Shown: positions 1 through 8,302 of the stretch, one piece after another
How positions within the stretch are numbered: the first letter of the stretch is position 1
How the letters are laid out: the number at the start of each line of letters is the position of its first letter
DNA from: Christensenellaceae bacterium
GTDB lineage: Bacteria; Bacillota; Clostridia; Christensenellales; Borkfalkiaceae
Direction of reading: 5' to 3'
Assembly: GCA_045614165.1 (NCBI GenBank)
Contig: JAZLCK010000004.1
Span: 1,889 to 65,888, forward strand
DNA length: 64,000 nucleotides
The notes under the pieces: generated by a model
Database searches by the model: none
The model's input: only the letters and a program-made list of their open reading frames with translations
Told to the model about the DNA's origin: nothing
Made by a program: the position numbers and the translations under genes

Positions 1-540
1 TTCGTTTTCTACGTTTATTGCAACCGTCACTTTAATCTCAGCGTCGTATTCAGTAGAAACCACCACTCCGCCCACGCCGTTTATAATTTTTAGTAGTGCC
101 GAATAATTTTCGTATTCGGTGCTAATTTCTACGAAATTTGCCGGAGACATATACGATAATTCGGCAAGCGCAAGGCACGCCGAAACTGCGCCACCATACG
201 CCCTTACAAGTCCACCCGCGCCAAGTTTAATACCGCCAAAATATCTAGTGACAACTGCCACTATTTTCTTTATATCTTTACCTTTAATGGCGTTTAGCAT
301 AGGAAGTCCTGCCGTTCCTTGTGGTTCGCCCGCGTCCGAAAACTTGCAAAGATTGCCAAGTTCATCGGCAACGTAGGCATAACAGCCGTGTGTGGCAAAG
401 GCGTGGCGTTTTTTGATTTCGTTAATGTAATCAAGCGCTTCTTCTTCGCTATTTATAGGCTTAATATTACATATAAATTTAGAACGCTCTATTATCGTAA
501 TATTCTCTATTTCTTTTTTTAAGGTTATATAGCCTTTCAT
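1..540 (-). CDS. YigZ/IMPACT (UPF0029) family protein, partial (C-terminus lies beyond window start)
   Basis: Not in ORF track because it runs off the window. Reverse translation from ATG 540-538 gives MKGYITLKKEIEN...VTRYFGGIKLGAGGLVRAYGGAVS..., the YigZ-family signature. The frame is open to position 1. The ATG overlaps the tyrS stop (TAATG). Confidence 0.8.
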   Translation of the reverse strand, partial: MKGYITLKKEIENITIIERSKFICNIKPINSEEEALDYINEIKKRHAFATHGCYAYVADELGNLCKFSDAGEPQGTAGLPMLNAIKGKDIKKIVAVVTRYFGGIKLGAGGLVRAYGGAVSACLALAELSYMSPANFVEISTEYENYSALLKIINGVGGVVVSTEYDAEIKVTVAINVENE

Positions 541-1751
541 TATTTTAAAATAATCTTAACGTGTGATTTTTTGCCTTTGTGCAGAATAAATTCGCCCTTT
601 AATTTAGCACTTTCTGGGATTTTAGCAAATGGGTCGGTAATCTTGTCATCGTTTACTGAAACTGCGCCACCTTCGATTAACCTTTTTGCTTCACCTTTTG
701 ATTTTGCTAGGTTTGCGCCGATAATTGCATCGGTCACAAATTCAGCGTTTACTACGGTTATACTTGGCATATCTTCTTCGCTACCCTTACCAAAAGATGC
801 TCTTACTTGGCGTTGCGCTTCTAATGCTTTTGCTTCGCCGTGAACAAGTTTAGTCACTTCAAAGGCAAGTCTTTCTTTTGCAACGTTCATTCTTTCGTCG
901 TTATATTTAGTAAGTTCTTCGATTTCAGCCATATCCATAAAGGTTAGTAGGCACATACACTCTTTAACTTTAACGTCTTCTACGTTTCTAAAATATTGAT
1001 AGAAATCGTAAACAGAGCATTTGTTTTCATCGAGCCACAAAGCGCCTTTTTGGATTTTACCCATCTTTTTGCCTTCGCTGTTAAGTAAAAGCGTGCAAGT
1101 TAAACAGAACGCGTTTTTCTTTTCTTTTCTACGAATGAGGTCAACGCCCGCAAGCATATTGCTCCATTGGTCGTCGCCACCGACTTCTAATGCACAGCCG
1201 TATTTTTGGTTGAGATATAAAAAGTCGTAGCCTTGCATTAGCATATAGTTAAACTCTAAAAAGGTTAAACCTTTTTCCATTCTTTGCTTAAAGCATTCAG
1301 CAGTAAGCATTTTATTTACTGAAAAATGAACGCCGATATCTCTTAAAAAGTCAACGTAGTTAAGATTTAATAACCAGTCGGCGTTGTTTGCGATTATTGC
1401 ACCGTTTTCGCCTTCGAAACTGATAAATCTTGACATTTGCGACTTAAAGCAATCGATATTGTGTTCGATAATTTCCCTAGTCATCATTTGGCGCATATCA
1501 CTTCTGCCAGAAGGGTCGCCTATCATACCCGTACCGCCACCAAAAAGCGCGATAGGTCTATGGCCGTATTTTTGCATCCAAGCCATTGCCATTATTGGAA
1601 TATAGTGCCCGATATGAAGACTATCTGCCGTTGGGTCGAAACCAACGTAGAAAGATACGCTTTCTTCGCCTAGCATTTTATATAAATCTTCTTCGTAAAT
1701 TGTTTGCTTTATAAATCCTCTTTCTTTTAATACGTCGAATACGTTTTTCAT
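540..1751 (-). CDS. tyrS: tyrosine--tRNA ligase
   Basis: 403 aa. FYVGFDPTADSLHIGH (HIGH motif), KKMGK (KMSKS-like) and a C-terminal S4-like domain are typical of TyrRS. Confidence 0.95.
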   Translation of the reverse strand: MKNVFDVLKERGFIKQTIYEEDLYKMLGEESVSFYVGFDPTADSLHIGHYIPIMAMAWMQKYGHRPIALFGGGTGMIGDPSGRSDMRQMMTREIIEHNIDCFKSQMSRFISFEGENGAIIANNADWLLNLNYVDFLRDIGVHFSVNKMLTAECFKQRMEKGLTFLEFNYMLMQGYDFLYLNQKYGCALEVGGDDQWSNMLAGVDLIRRKEKKNAFCLTCTLLLNSEGKKMGKIQKGALWLDENKCSVYDFYQYFRNVEDVKVKECMCLLTFMDMAEIEELTKYNDERMNVAKERLAFEVTKLVHGEAKALEAQRQVRASFGKGSEEDMPSITVVNAEFVTDAIIGANLAKSKGEAKRLIEGGAVSVNDDKITDPFAKIPESAKLKGEFILHKGKKSHVKIILK

Positions 1752-1766
1752 ATTTATTTCCTGCCT

Positions 1767-3164
1767 TTAACCTTGTATTTCTTTGATATCAAACGATTTC
1801 TTTATTATTTCTTTTGCCGTTTTAACGTCTTTAATTTCGGCTTTTGCAAGCATTTGGCTAACGATATTGCCTATTGCCGTGGCTTCTACCGGACCTGCAA
1901 TTACCTTCTTTCCGGTATATTTTGCCGTTAATTCGTTAAGTAGTGTGTTTTGGCAACCACCACCAACGATGTGAATTTCGTTAAAAGTTTTGCCCGAAAT
2001 TTGTTCTATACCTAAAACTGCTTCGTTGTAGCATTTTGCTAAACTTGCATATATGGTTAAAACTATTTCGCCAACGCTTTCTGGAACTTTTTGGTTGGTT
2101 TTTTTGCAATAGTCTTTAATCGCGCTAATCATACTCTTTGGTGCAAAGAAAGACATATCGTTTACTTCTACAATCGATGGACTTTCTGTCACCTTTTTGG
2201 CTTCGTCAACAAAGTCAACGAAAGAATATTTATCGTTATATTCCTTTTTAACGCATTGAATCATCCATAGCCCCATTATGTTTTTAAGTAGCCTAATGGT
2301 TTTATCATATCCGCCTTCGTTGGTAAAACCTTCGTTTTTAACTTGAATGGTGGTTATTGGGTTTTTGGTTTCGATACCGATAAGCGACCAAGTTCCACTT
2401 GAAATATAAAGTGGGCTATCGCTAGTAGGAACTGCAAGAACTGCGCTACCCGTATCGTGACAGCAAGGTGCTGAAACGGTTGTTGCAAAACCGATTTCTT
2501 TTGCAATTTCAGGCTTGATTTCGCCTAACGAAGTGCCCGGCAAAGAAAGTTCGCCAAAAAGCGATTTATTAAAGCCTAGTTTTTCGATAATTTCATAATC
2601 CCAAGTTTTGTTTTGAGCATTAAGTAGCCCCGAAGTTGACGCTATCGTGTATTCGTTGGTCTTTTTGCCCGTTAATAAGAAATGCAAATAGTCCGGAACG
2701 AATAGCATTGTTTTAGCCTTATCCAACTTGCCCGATTTTTTATCAGCGTATAGTTGATAAATGCTGTTATAAACTTGTTTTGCAATGCCCGTTCTTGCAT
2801 ACAATTCGGTTTCGGGAATTATGCTATGAACTTCATCCATAACGGCTTGCGTTCTAGCATCTCTATACGAAAATACTTCACTAATAAGTTCATCATTTTC
2901 GTCTAACAGTGCATAGTCAACGCCCCAGGTATCAATACCAACCGAAACAGGTATTTTGCCGATTTCTTTACATTTTTTTAAGCCTTCAATTATGCTTGAA
3001 AATAGCGCCTTATCGTCCCATACTAATTTGCCGTTTTTTTCAACTGCGCCGTTTTTAAATCTATAAATTTCTTCTAGCACTAGTTTGCCGTGTTCAATAC
3101 TACCTAAAATATGCCTACCACTAGATGCGCCTATATCGATTGCAAGAAAATATTTGTTTTGCAT
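1767..3164 (-). CDS. rhaB: rhamnulokinase (FGGY carbohydrate kinase family)
   Basis: 465 aa. Blocks IDIGASSGR, GIDTWGVDY, LKNIMGLWM, HIVGGGCQNTLLN and AGPVEATAIGN are collinear with RhaB. SD is GGAGG. Confidence 0.85.
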   Translation of the reverse strand: MQNKYFLAIDIGASSGRHILGSIEHGKLVLEEIYRFKNGAVEKNGKLVWDDKALFSSIIEGLKKCKEIGKIPVSVGIDTWGVDYALLDENDELISEVFSYRDARTQAVMDEVHSIIPETELYARTGIAKQVYNSIYQLYADKKSGKLDKAKTMLFVPDYLHFLLTGKKTNEYTIASTSGLLNAQNKTWDYEIIEKLGFNKSLFGELSLPGTSLGEIKPEIAKEIGFATTVSAPCCHDTGSAVLAVPTSDSPLYISSGTWSLIGIETKNPITTIQVKNEGFTNEGGYDKTIRLLKNIMGLWMIQCVKKEYNDKYSFVDFVDEAKKVTESPSIVEVNDMSFFAPKSMISAIKDYCKKTNQKVPESVGEIVLTIYASLAKCYNEAVLGIEQISGKTFNEIHIVGGGCQNTLLNELTAKYTGKKVIAGPVEATAIGNIVSQMLAKAEIKDVKTAKEIIKKSFDIKEIQG

Positions 3165-3206
3165 AACTCCTCCAAAAAGCGTTTATGTATATATTATTAC
3201 TTATAT

Positions 3207-3236
3207 ATTATAAAACAATATAGGGCTAATTGTCAA
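3207..3236 (-). promoter_or_regulatory. sigma70-type promoter for rhaB-tyrS-yigZ
   Basis: Minus strand reads TTGACA (3236-3231), 18-nt spacer, TATAAT (3212-3207), about 40 nt upstream of the rhaB ATG. Confidence 0.55.
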
Positions 3237-3239
3237 CGC

Positions 3240-3268
3240 AAAAAAACTACATTTAGTATAAATGTAGT
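3240..3268 (-). terminator. intrinsic terminator after minE-like gene
   Basis: 9-bp stem ACTACATTT/AAATGTAGT with a 5-nt loop, followed on the minus strand by U7. Confidence 0.7.
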
Positions 3269-3306
3269 TCGATTTTTCATATATTTTGTGTTTTTTAGTC
3301 TTTTTG

Positions 3307-3555
3307 TTAATTTATTTCTTCGCGATGAACGAACGAAAAGGTTTTTATTGCACTCACCGAAAACTCTATTTTTATTTTACTGCCTTTTTGCGCTTTTTCT
3401 ATGTCTATCGTAGGGCTTGATGAAAGCACGAAAAATTCGTTTAACAAGTTTTTTAGGTCAACGAAAAATAGCGTTTTAAAATCGTCTTGATAGTCGTTTT
3501 TACTGCTATTTATCAAACTTTCTATTCGCTTTAATTGCTTTTTACTTTCTTTCAT
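3307..3555 (-). CDS. minE: MinE-like cell division topological specificity factor (atypical N-terminus)
   Basis: 82 aa. The ATG overlaps the minD stop (ATGA). The C-terminal half ([35 protein letters not shown]) follows the MinE topological-specificity-domain pattern. The canonical N-terminal contact helix is not recognisable. Confidence 0.5.
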   Translation of the reverse strand: MKESKKQLKRIESLINSSKNDYQDDFKTLFFVDLKNLLNEFFVLSSSPTIDIEKAQKGSKIKIEFSVSAIKTFSFVHREEIN

Positions 3556-4337
3556 ATCCCCTTTTTTAGCCCCCTTCTAATACTGCCGAAAAAGCCACTA
3601 TATTTTTTAGTCACGTCAAAGGTTTTTTGTTGCTTTTTATCGACGTTTTCGGCTAGCGTTTTAAATGCTTTATACGAATCGGTAAGCCGTGGCAGACTGC
3701 CACCATAAGACAAAAATAAATGGTCTTCTTCGGGTATAATTCCCGCAAGATTAACGGACAAAAATTCCCTTATATCTATTGGCGACATCATCTTTTGGCT
3801 CATAATAAGGTCGCCACGCGCCCTATTGATTATTAGCCCTAAATCTTTTAATTTATAACTTTTTAGTATGGATAAAACCACGTCGGCATCTTTTAGACTT
3901 GAAAGGGTTGGCGTGGTGACTATAAGCCCTTCATCAGCGACCGATACCGCCCTATGAAAGCCTACGTCTATACCCGCAGGGCAATCTATTATTACGTAAT
4001 CAAACACTTTGTCTAGGCTAGAAATAAGAAGTTTTATCTCTGCACCCGTTATCAAATTCCCTTTGAGTTTTCCAGACGGCAATATATATAAATTTTTTTG
4101 GCGCACGTCTTGAATAAGTGCCTGTTTTATCCTACATCTTCCGTCAAAAACGTCTTTAAGGTCGAAACCCGTTTTGTTTTCTACCCCCATAACCACGTCT
4201 AGATTATTAAGTCCAAAATCAAGGTCAACAAGCAAAACGCTTTTATAACGCTTTGCTAAAAAAGTGCCTAGGTTTGCTGTTATTGTAGTTTTGCCCACGC
4301 CACCTTTACCCGACGTGATTACGATTTTTCGCGCCAT
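3552..4337 (-). CDS. minD: septum site-determining ATPase MinD
   Basis: 261 aa. Deviant Walker A SGKGGVGKTT, DLDFGLNNLDVVMG, and a C-terminal amphipathic membrane-targeting tail GFFGSIRRGLKKGI. Confidence 0.92.
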   Translation of the reverse strand: MARKIVITSGKGGVGKTTITANLGTFLAKRYKSVLLVDLDFGLNNLDVVMGVENKTGFDLKDVFDGRCRIKQALIQDVRQKNLYILPSGKLKGNLITGAEIKLLISSLDKVFDYVIIDCPAGIDVGFHRAVSVADEGLIVTTPTLSSLKDADVVLSILKSYKLKDLGLIINRARGDLIMSQKMMSPIDIREFLSVNLAGIIPEEDHLFLSYGGSLPRLTDSYKAFKTLAENVDKKQQKTFDVTKKYSGFFGSIRRGLKKGI

Positions 4338-4440
4338 TTTGTTCCCCTAGATAAATGATAAATAAAAAAACTTGCTAATTTTGCATACTTATACAAAAAA
4401 AAGCAAGTTTTAGTCGAATAATTATAAAATTTATTAAGTT

Positions 4441-5451
4441 TTACGAAAAATCAATTTTAACCTTTTTAAGTAAACTATTATCTCCAAGCACGATTCCACC
4501 GCCAAGCGCTACGCTATAAAGCCCGTCTTTTGCGACGTTAATTTTCATATCGAACTTATCTTGATAGTATTTTTCTAGCCCGTAAATGTTAGATGCGCCA
4601 CCTGAAATATATATTCCCGAACGGCGAATTTCTGCTGAAACTTCGGGTGGAAGTTTTGTTAAAACTGAGTTTGCAATTTCGGCAATTTTATCAAAATATT
4701 TAGAAATAGGTTCGTAAATATCGCTTGCCTTTATAGAAATAGACCTTGGAGAACCCGTTTTTATATCTCTGCCGTTAACAGGCGCTGATAAAAGGTCTTC
4801 TTTATCTAGGCTACCGATTTCTTTTTTGAGTTTTTCGGCTGATTGCAAACCGATTTGAAGCCCGTATCTACTTTCGATTTCGTCAATAACGTCGGCACTA
4901 ATTTTGTTTCCGCCAAAGTTTACTGAAACACCGGCAATCACCCCGTCTAATGAAACGGCGCCGATATTAGTAGTGCCACCCGCCATATCGATAACAAAGC
5001 AAGGCTTACTTTCGGTAAAAGGTATTCTTTGGCCAAGCGCTGAAAGTATTGGAGTTTCTACAAAATACACCTTAGACGCGCCACAATTTTTAGCCACGTT
5101 GTAATACTTTTTAAGCATATCGTAAGTGCTTCCACAAGGCACGCCGAAAAGCAACGAATCGCCAGAAAAAACCTTGCTTTTAAAGCCCGACTTTTCTAAA
5201 AAACCTTCAAGCAATCCAGACGCAACTTTTTCGTTTACAATCTCACCTTCGAACACAGGAAAAACTACCTTGCTATTCTTTACGGTTTTGCCGATTAACT
5301 TGCTTGCATCTTGCCCGATATATTTAACTTTAACCTTACTTTCATCAGTCACAACGGCAACGGTTGGTTCGCTTAAAACCATACCCCAACCTAACTTAAA
5401 GACGTTTGTGTAAGCGCTGTCAAAATCGACAGCAAATTTGTTTGATGCCAT
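4441..5451 (-). CDS. MreB/Mbl-like actin-family protein, divergent
   Basis: 336 aa, collinear with MreB (LSEPTVAVV, VETPILSALG, VIDMAGGTTNIGAVSL, GIYISGGASN). The phosphate-1 motif DLGTANT is replaced by DFDSAYT. Confidence 0.8.
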   Translation of the reverse strand: MASNKFAVDFDSAYTNVFKLGWGMVLSEPTVAVVTDESKVKVKYIGQDASKLIGKTVKNSKVVFPVFEGEIVNEKVASGLLEGFLEKSGFKSKVFSGDSLLFGVPCGSTYDMLKKYYNVAKNCGASKVYFVETPILSALGQRIPFTESKPCFVIDMAGGTTNIGAVSLDGVIAGVSVNFGGNKISADVIDEIESRYGLQIGLQSAEKLKKEIGSLDKEDLLSAPVNGRDIKTGSPRSISIKASDIYEPISKYFDKIAEIANSVLTKLPPEVSAEIRRSGIYISGGASNIYGLEKYYQDKFDMKINVAKDGLYSVALGGGIVLGDNSLLKKVKIDFS

Positions 5452-5511
5452 AATTTACCCTTAATACAAATTAGACGCCTATTTATTCTAGACGCCCTTT
5501 TTGTTTTTATT

Positions 5512-7038
5512 TTATAGTATTTCTAAATTCTTTTTGAATATTTTTCTAAAATCTGCTCCAACTTCAAGCGCCGATGCAATTTCTAGCGTTGCATCTCCGT
5601 CAATTTCAGTTTTCATTATTACAGAGTCGCCCAAAATATCGCAATTAATACCTTTAACAACGCCTGATAAACTTCTATCAAGACAGGTTGCTATTCTGAG
5701 CATAATACCCATTTTTCTAACAACGTCTACGTCTTCATCAGTTAAAAGTTCTTTGCATTTTGCCCACTCGTATTGATTGATATCGTCTATACCCGTGCAA
5801 GCCGAAACAAAAGATGCCATTACCGTATCTCTATGACTCAAACCATAGATGTTAGCGTTCATAATAACGTATGCGCTGTGCTTTTCAAAGTTGTGGAAAG
5901 CAACTTTTTTACCCGTTTCGTATAAGTGCGTTGCAACCTTCAATATCTTTAAGTATTGTCTTGGGAATTTATGCAATACGCGTAGTTGCTTAAAGAGTTG
6001 AACTGATAAACCAACAACGTGGTCGATATGTTTTTGGTCTAGACCGTAAAAATCAGTTATAGTGTTAAGACTAAACGTCAAAACGTCTGAAATAGGTTTA
6101 TCAACCGTCATAGGAACGGCATAGTTGAACATTATACCCGTTCTTAAACCGCTACCGCTAATAACGATATTGTCTAAATTAGTGTATTTTTTGAACGCCG
6201 ATATCGCTGCAAGTGCGCTTGGGAAGATATCTGCCCTACCACTTGACAAGCCTTTAATCTTTTTCTTTCTGTCAAGGTCTAAACCTTTAAGAAGGTCGTA
6301 AACGTGTTCAAAATCTTCGTCTTTAACGATATAGTTGTGAATTAAAGAAAGTGGATACTTTCTCATAATCTTAGTCATTCTGCAAAGGTTTCTAAACGAA
6401 CCGCCAACACCGATTAGTTGTGTTTCTGGGTCGATTGATTTTAACCACTCTATCTTGCCTAATTGTTCGGTAAAGAATTCTTCAATTTTCTTTGCTTGTT
6501 CTGATGAAGTTAAACCTTCACCAGCAAACATTTCGGTTAAAGTAATTGCGCCGAAAGGTAAAGTTTCGAAGTTTAAAAGGTTTCTTCTATTATAGTAAAC
6601 TAGTTTGGTGCTACCACCACCGATTTCTAAAATTAAACCCTTTGGCACGTCCATAGTGTTAACAACACCTTTATAAACGTACATCGCTTCTTCTTCCGCG
6701 CTTAAAACACGAAGTTTAATGCCACAAGTTGCAGAAACTTCGTCTAAAAAACTACGTTGATTTTTTGCACGACGAACAGCCGCAGTTGCTACGGCTATAA
6801 TTCTATCAACCCCATTAACGTCGCATAGTTTTCTAAACATTTTTAAGGTTTTGATAGTTTCGTGAATACGTTGGGGTTTTAAAAACCCGTCCTTTTCCAT
6901 ACCCTCACCTAAACGTGGGGCTTCTTTTAATTGGTCTACTATTTGAAAATGCCCGTTAGGCATTACGTCAATTAGCAACAACCTAGCTGTATTTGAGCCT
7001 AAATCAATAATTGCAATTTTTTCCAAGTCGTTCACCAT
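5512..7038 (-). CDS. Ppx/GppA family phosphatase with C-terminal HD domain
   Basis: 508 aa. N-terminal IAIIDLGSNTARLLL and EIGGGSTKLV (ASKHA fold), with a C-terminal HD-like region. Confidence 0.85.
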   Translation of the reverse strand: MVNDLEKIAIIDLGSNTARLLLIDVMPNGHFQIVDQLKEAPRLGEGMEKDGFLKPQRIHETIKTLKMFRKLCDVNGVDRIIAVATAAVRRAKNQRSFLDEVSATCGIKLRVLSAEEEAMYVYKGVVNTMDVPKGLILEIGGGSTKLVYYNRRNLLNFETLPFGAITLTEMFAGEGLTSSEQAKKIEEFFTEQLGKIEWLKSIDPETQLIGVGGSFRNLCRMTKIMRKYPLSLIHNYIVKDEDFEHVYDLLKGLDLDRKKKIKGLSSGRADIFPSALAAISAFKKYTNLDNIVISGSGLRTGIMFNYAVPMTVDKPISDVLTFSLNTITDFYGLDQKHIDHVVGLSVQLFKQLRVLHKFPRQYLKILKVATHLYETGKKVAFHNFEKHSAYVIMNANIYGLSHRDTVMASFVSACTGIDDINQYEWAKCKELLTDEDVDVVRKMGIMLRIATCLDRSLSGVVKGINCDILGDSVIMKTEIDGDATLEIASALEVGADFRKIFKKNLEIL

Positions 7039-7248
7039 CTCTTATAAAAATTTATTTTTTGCTTTTGTTTAAGATTAGTTTTCATTTATTTTTAGTTAAA
7101 AAAACAAAAAACATTTCTTATTCGAACACATTATAACACAAGCAGTCAACTTTGTATAGACCTATTTTGAATTTTTGTGCAATTTTTTTCGATTTTTTTT
7201 AATTTTTCTATCCACTTTTACATTTATCGCTCTAAACACGCGTTTTTA

Positions 7249-7695
7249 TTATATTTTATTTGACTTTTTTATTGTTTTTTCGATAATTTTTTTATCTGTA
7301 TGTTTTGTGCTGTTTGCACAAATAAATTTACTTTTTTTCTTACTATTGCACACAATTTGTAGCACCGAAAGTAGCACTAAAAAGCCACCGAAAATCTTTG
7401 TTAAAAGCCCCGTTTCGATGATTTTTGCAAGAAGACACCCACCCACACAAGACACAAGCGCAGGGATAATAATTAGAAAAATATGCTCCGTACTAACTAG
7501 TTTATTTTTAAAATGTAGCACTAGCGTAATTATTGCCATTGGGATAAAAGATATCACGTTTGTTGCTTGCGCCACTTTTTGTTCTACGGAAAGCAAGAGT
7601 ATCAGTAGTGGAATTAGCGCCGTTCCGCCACCCATACCCATACCACCAAGCACGCCACCTGCTATACCAACTAAAACGAATAGTAAAAAATTCAT
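7249..7695 (-). CDS. TauE/SafE (DUF81) family membrane protein, half-size (second of pair)
   Basis: 148 aa, about 4 TM. N-terminal G-rich helix GIAGGVLGGMGMGGGTALIPLL. Its own SD AGGTAGG lies inside the end of the upstream gene. The C-terminus is a Lys-rich tail. Confidence 0.75.
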   Translation of the reverse strand: MNFLLFVLVGIAGGVLGGMGMGGGTALIPLLILLLSVEQKVAQATNVISFIPMAIITLVLHFKNKLVSTEHIFLIIIPALVSCVGGCLLAKIIETGLLTKIFGGFLVLLSVLQIVCNSKKKSKFICANSTKHTDKKIIEKTIKKSNKI

Positions 7696-7700
7696 AGTAC

Positions 7701-8147
7701 CTACCTGAAAAATAGAAGTTTTACGCCAAAGAAAAGCATAACCAAAGAAAATAATATTTTAATAAAGTCGTTCGAAAATTTTTTAAGACAAATTGCTCCA
7801 AGCACGCCACCGATTATAACACCGATAGACGTTGGCAACACTACTTTAACGTCAAAGTTCCCTATTACGCTATACAGCACTCCACTAACTATCGTTACGG
7901 GAAGAATAACTAATATTGCAGTAGCGTGGGCTATCTTTTGTGGCTTTTTAAGTATCGACGTTAAAACGGGCACGGCAACCATACCACCGCCACCGCCAAA
8001 AAGCCCGCTAATAAGCCCGACAAGTGCGCCTAAAAGCACAACCACTAAAGGATTTATTTTAACTTTTTCGTCTTTAAAAATCTTTTCTTCTTCGGTAGGT
8101 TGCAGAGTTTTTGGACAAGGTAATTGACAATTTTTGATTTCTTTCAC
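7701..8147 (-). CDS. TauE/SafE (DUF81) family membrane protein, half-size (first of pair)
   Basis: 148 aa, about 4 TM. GLFGGGGGMVAVPVL motif. Its stop lies 5 nt before the next ATG. Confidence 0.75.
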   Translation of the reverse strand: MKEIKNCQLPCPKTLQPTEEEKIFKDEKVKINPLVVVLLGALVGLISGLFGGGGGMVAVPVLTSILKKPQKIAHATAILVILPVTIVSGVLYSVIGNFDVKVVLPTSIGVIIGGVLGAICLKKFSNDFIKILFSLVMLFFGVKLLFFR

Positions 8148-8219
8148 TCTATTATTATGTTCTACTTGAAAATTTTTAAAATAAATATGATGTTTCTTTG
8201 ATTATCTTGTGTTTTAGGA

Positions 8220-8249
8220 TTGACTTTTTGTTCCTATATAATATATAAT
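8220..8249 (+). promoter_or_regulatory. sigma70-type promoter for the large lipoprotein gene
   Basis: TTGACT (8220-8225), 18-nt spacer, TATAAT (8244-8249), about 55 nt upstream of the ATG at 8303. Confidence 0.5.
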
Positions 8250-8302
8250 ATCTCTATAATCTAATATAGCGTGGATTTTTGGACCCGAATTATAGGTGAA
8301 TT

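Noticed and set aside
1752-1766. A T-box leader for tyrS.
   Set aside because: Only 15 nt separate tyrS from the upstream rhaB stop, which leaves no room for a T-box of about 200 nt or more.
7175-7708. A 177-aa plus-strand ORF.
   Set aside because: It is antisense to the TauE/SafE half-gene, whose membrane-protein features are convincing. The plus-strand translation is low-complexity and has no start signals.
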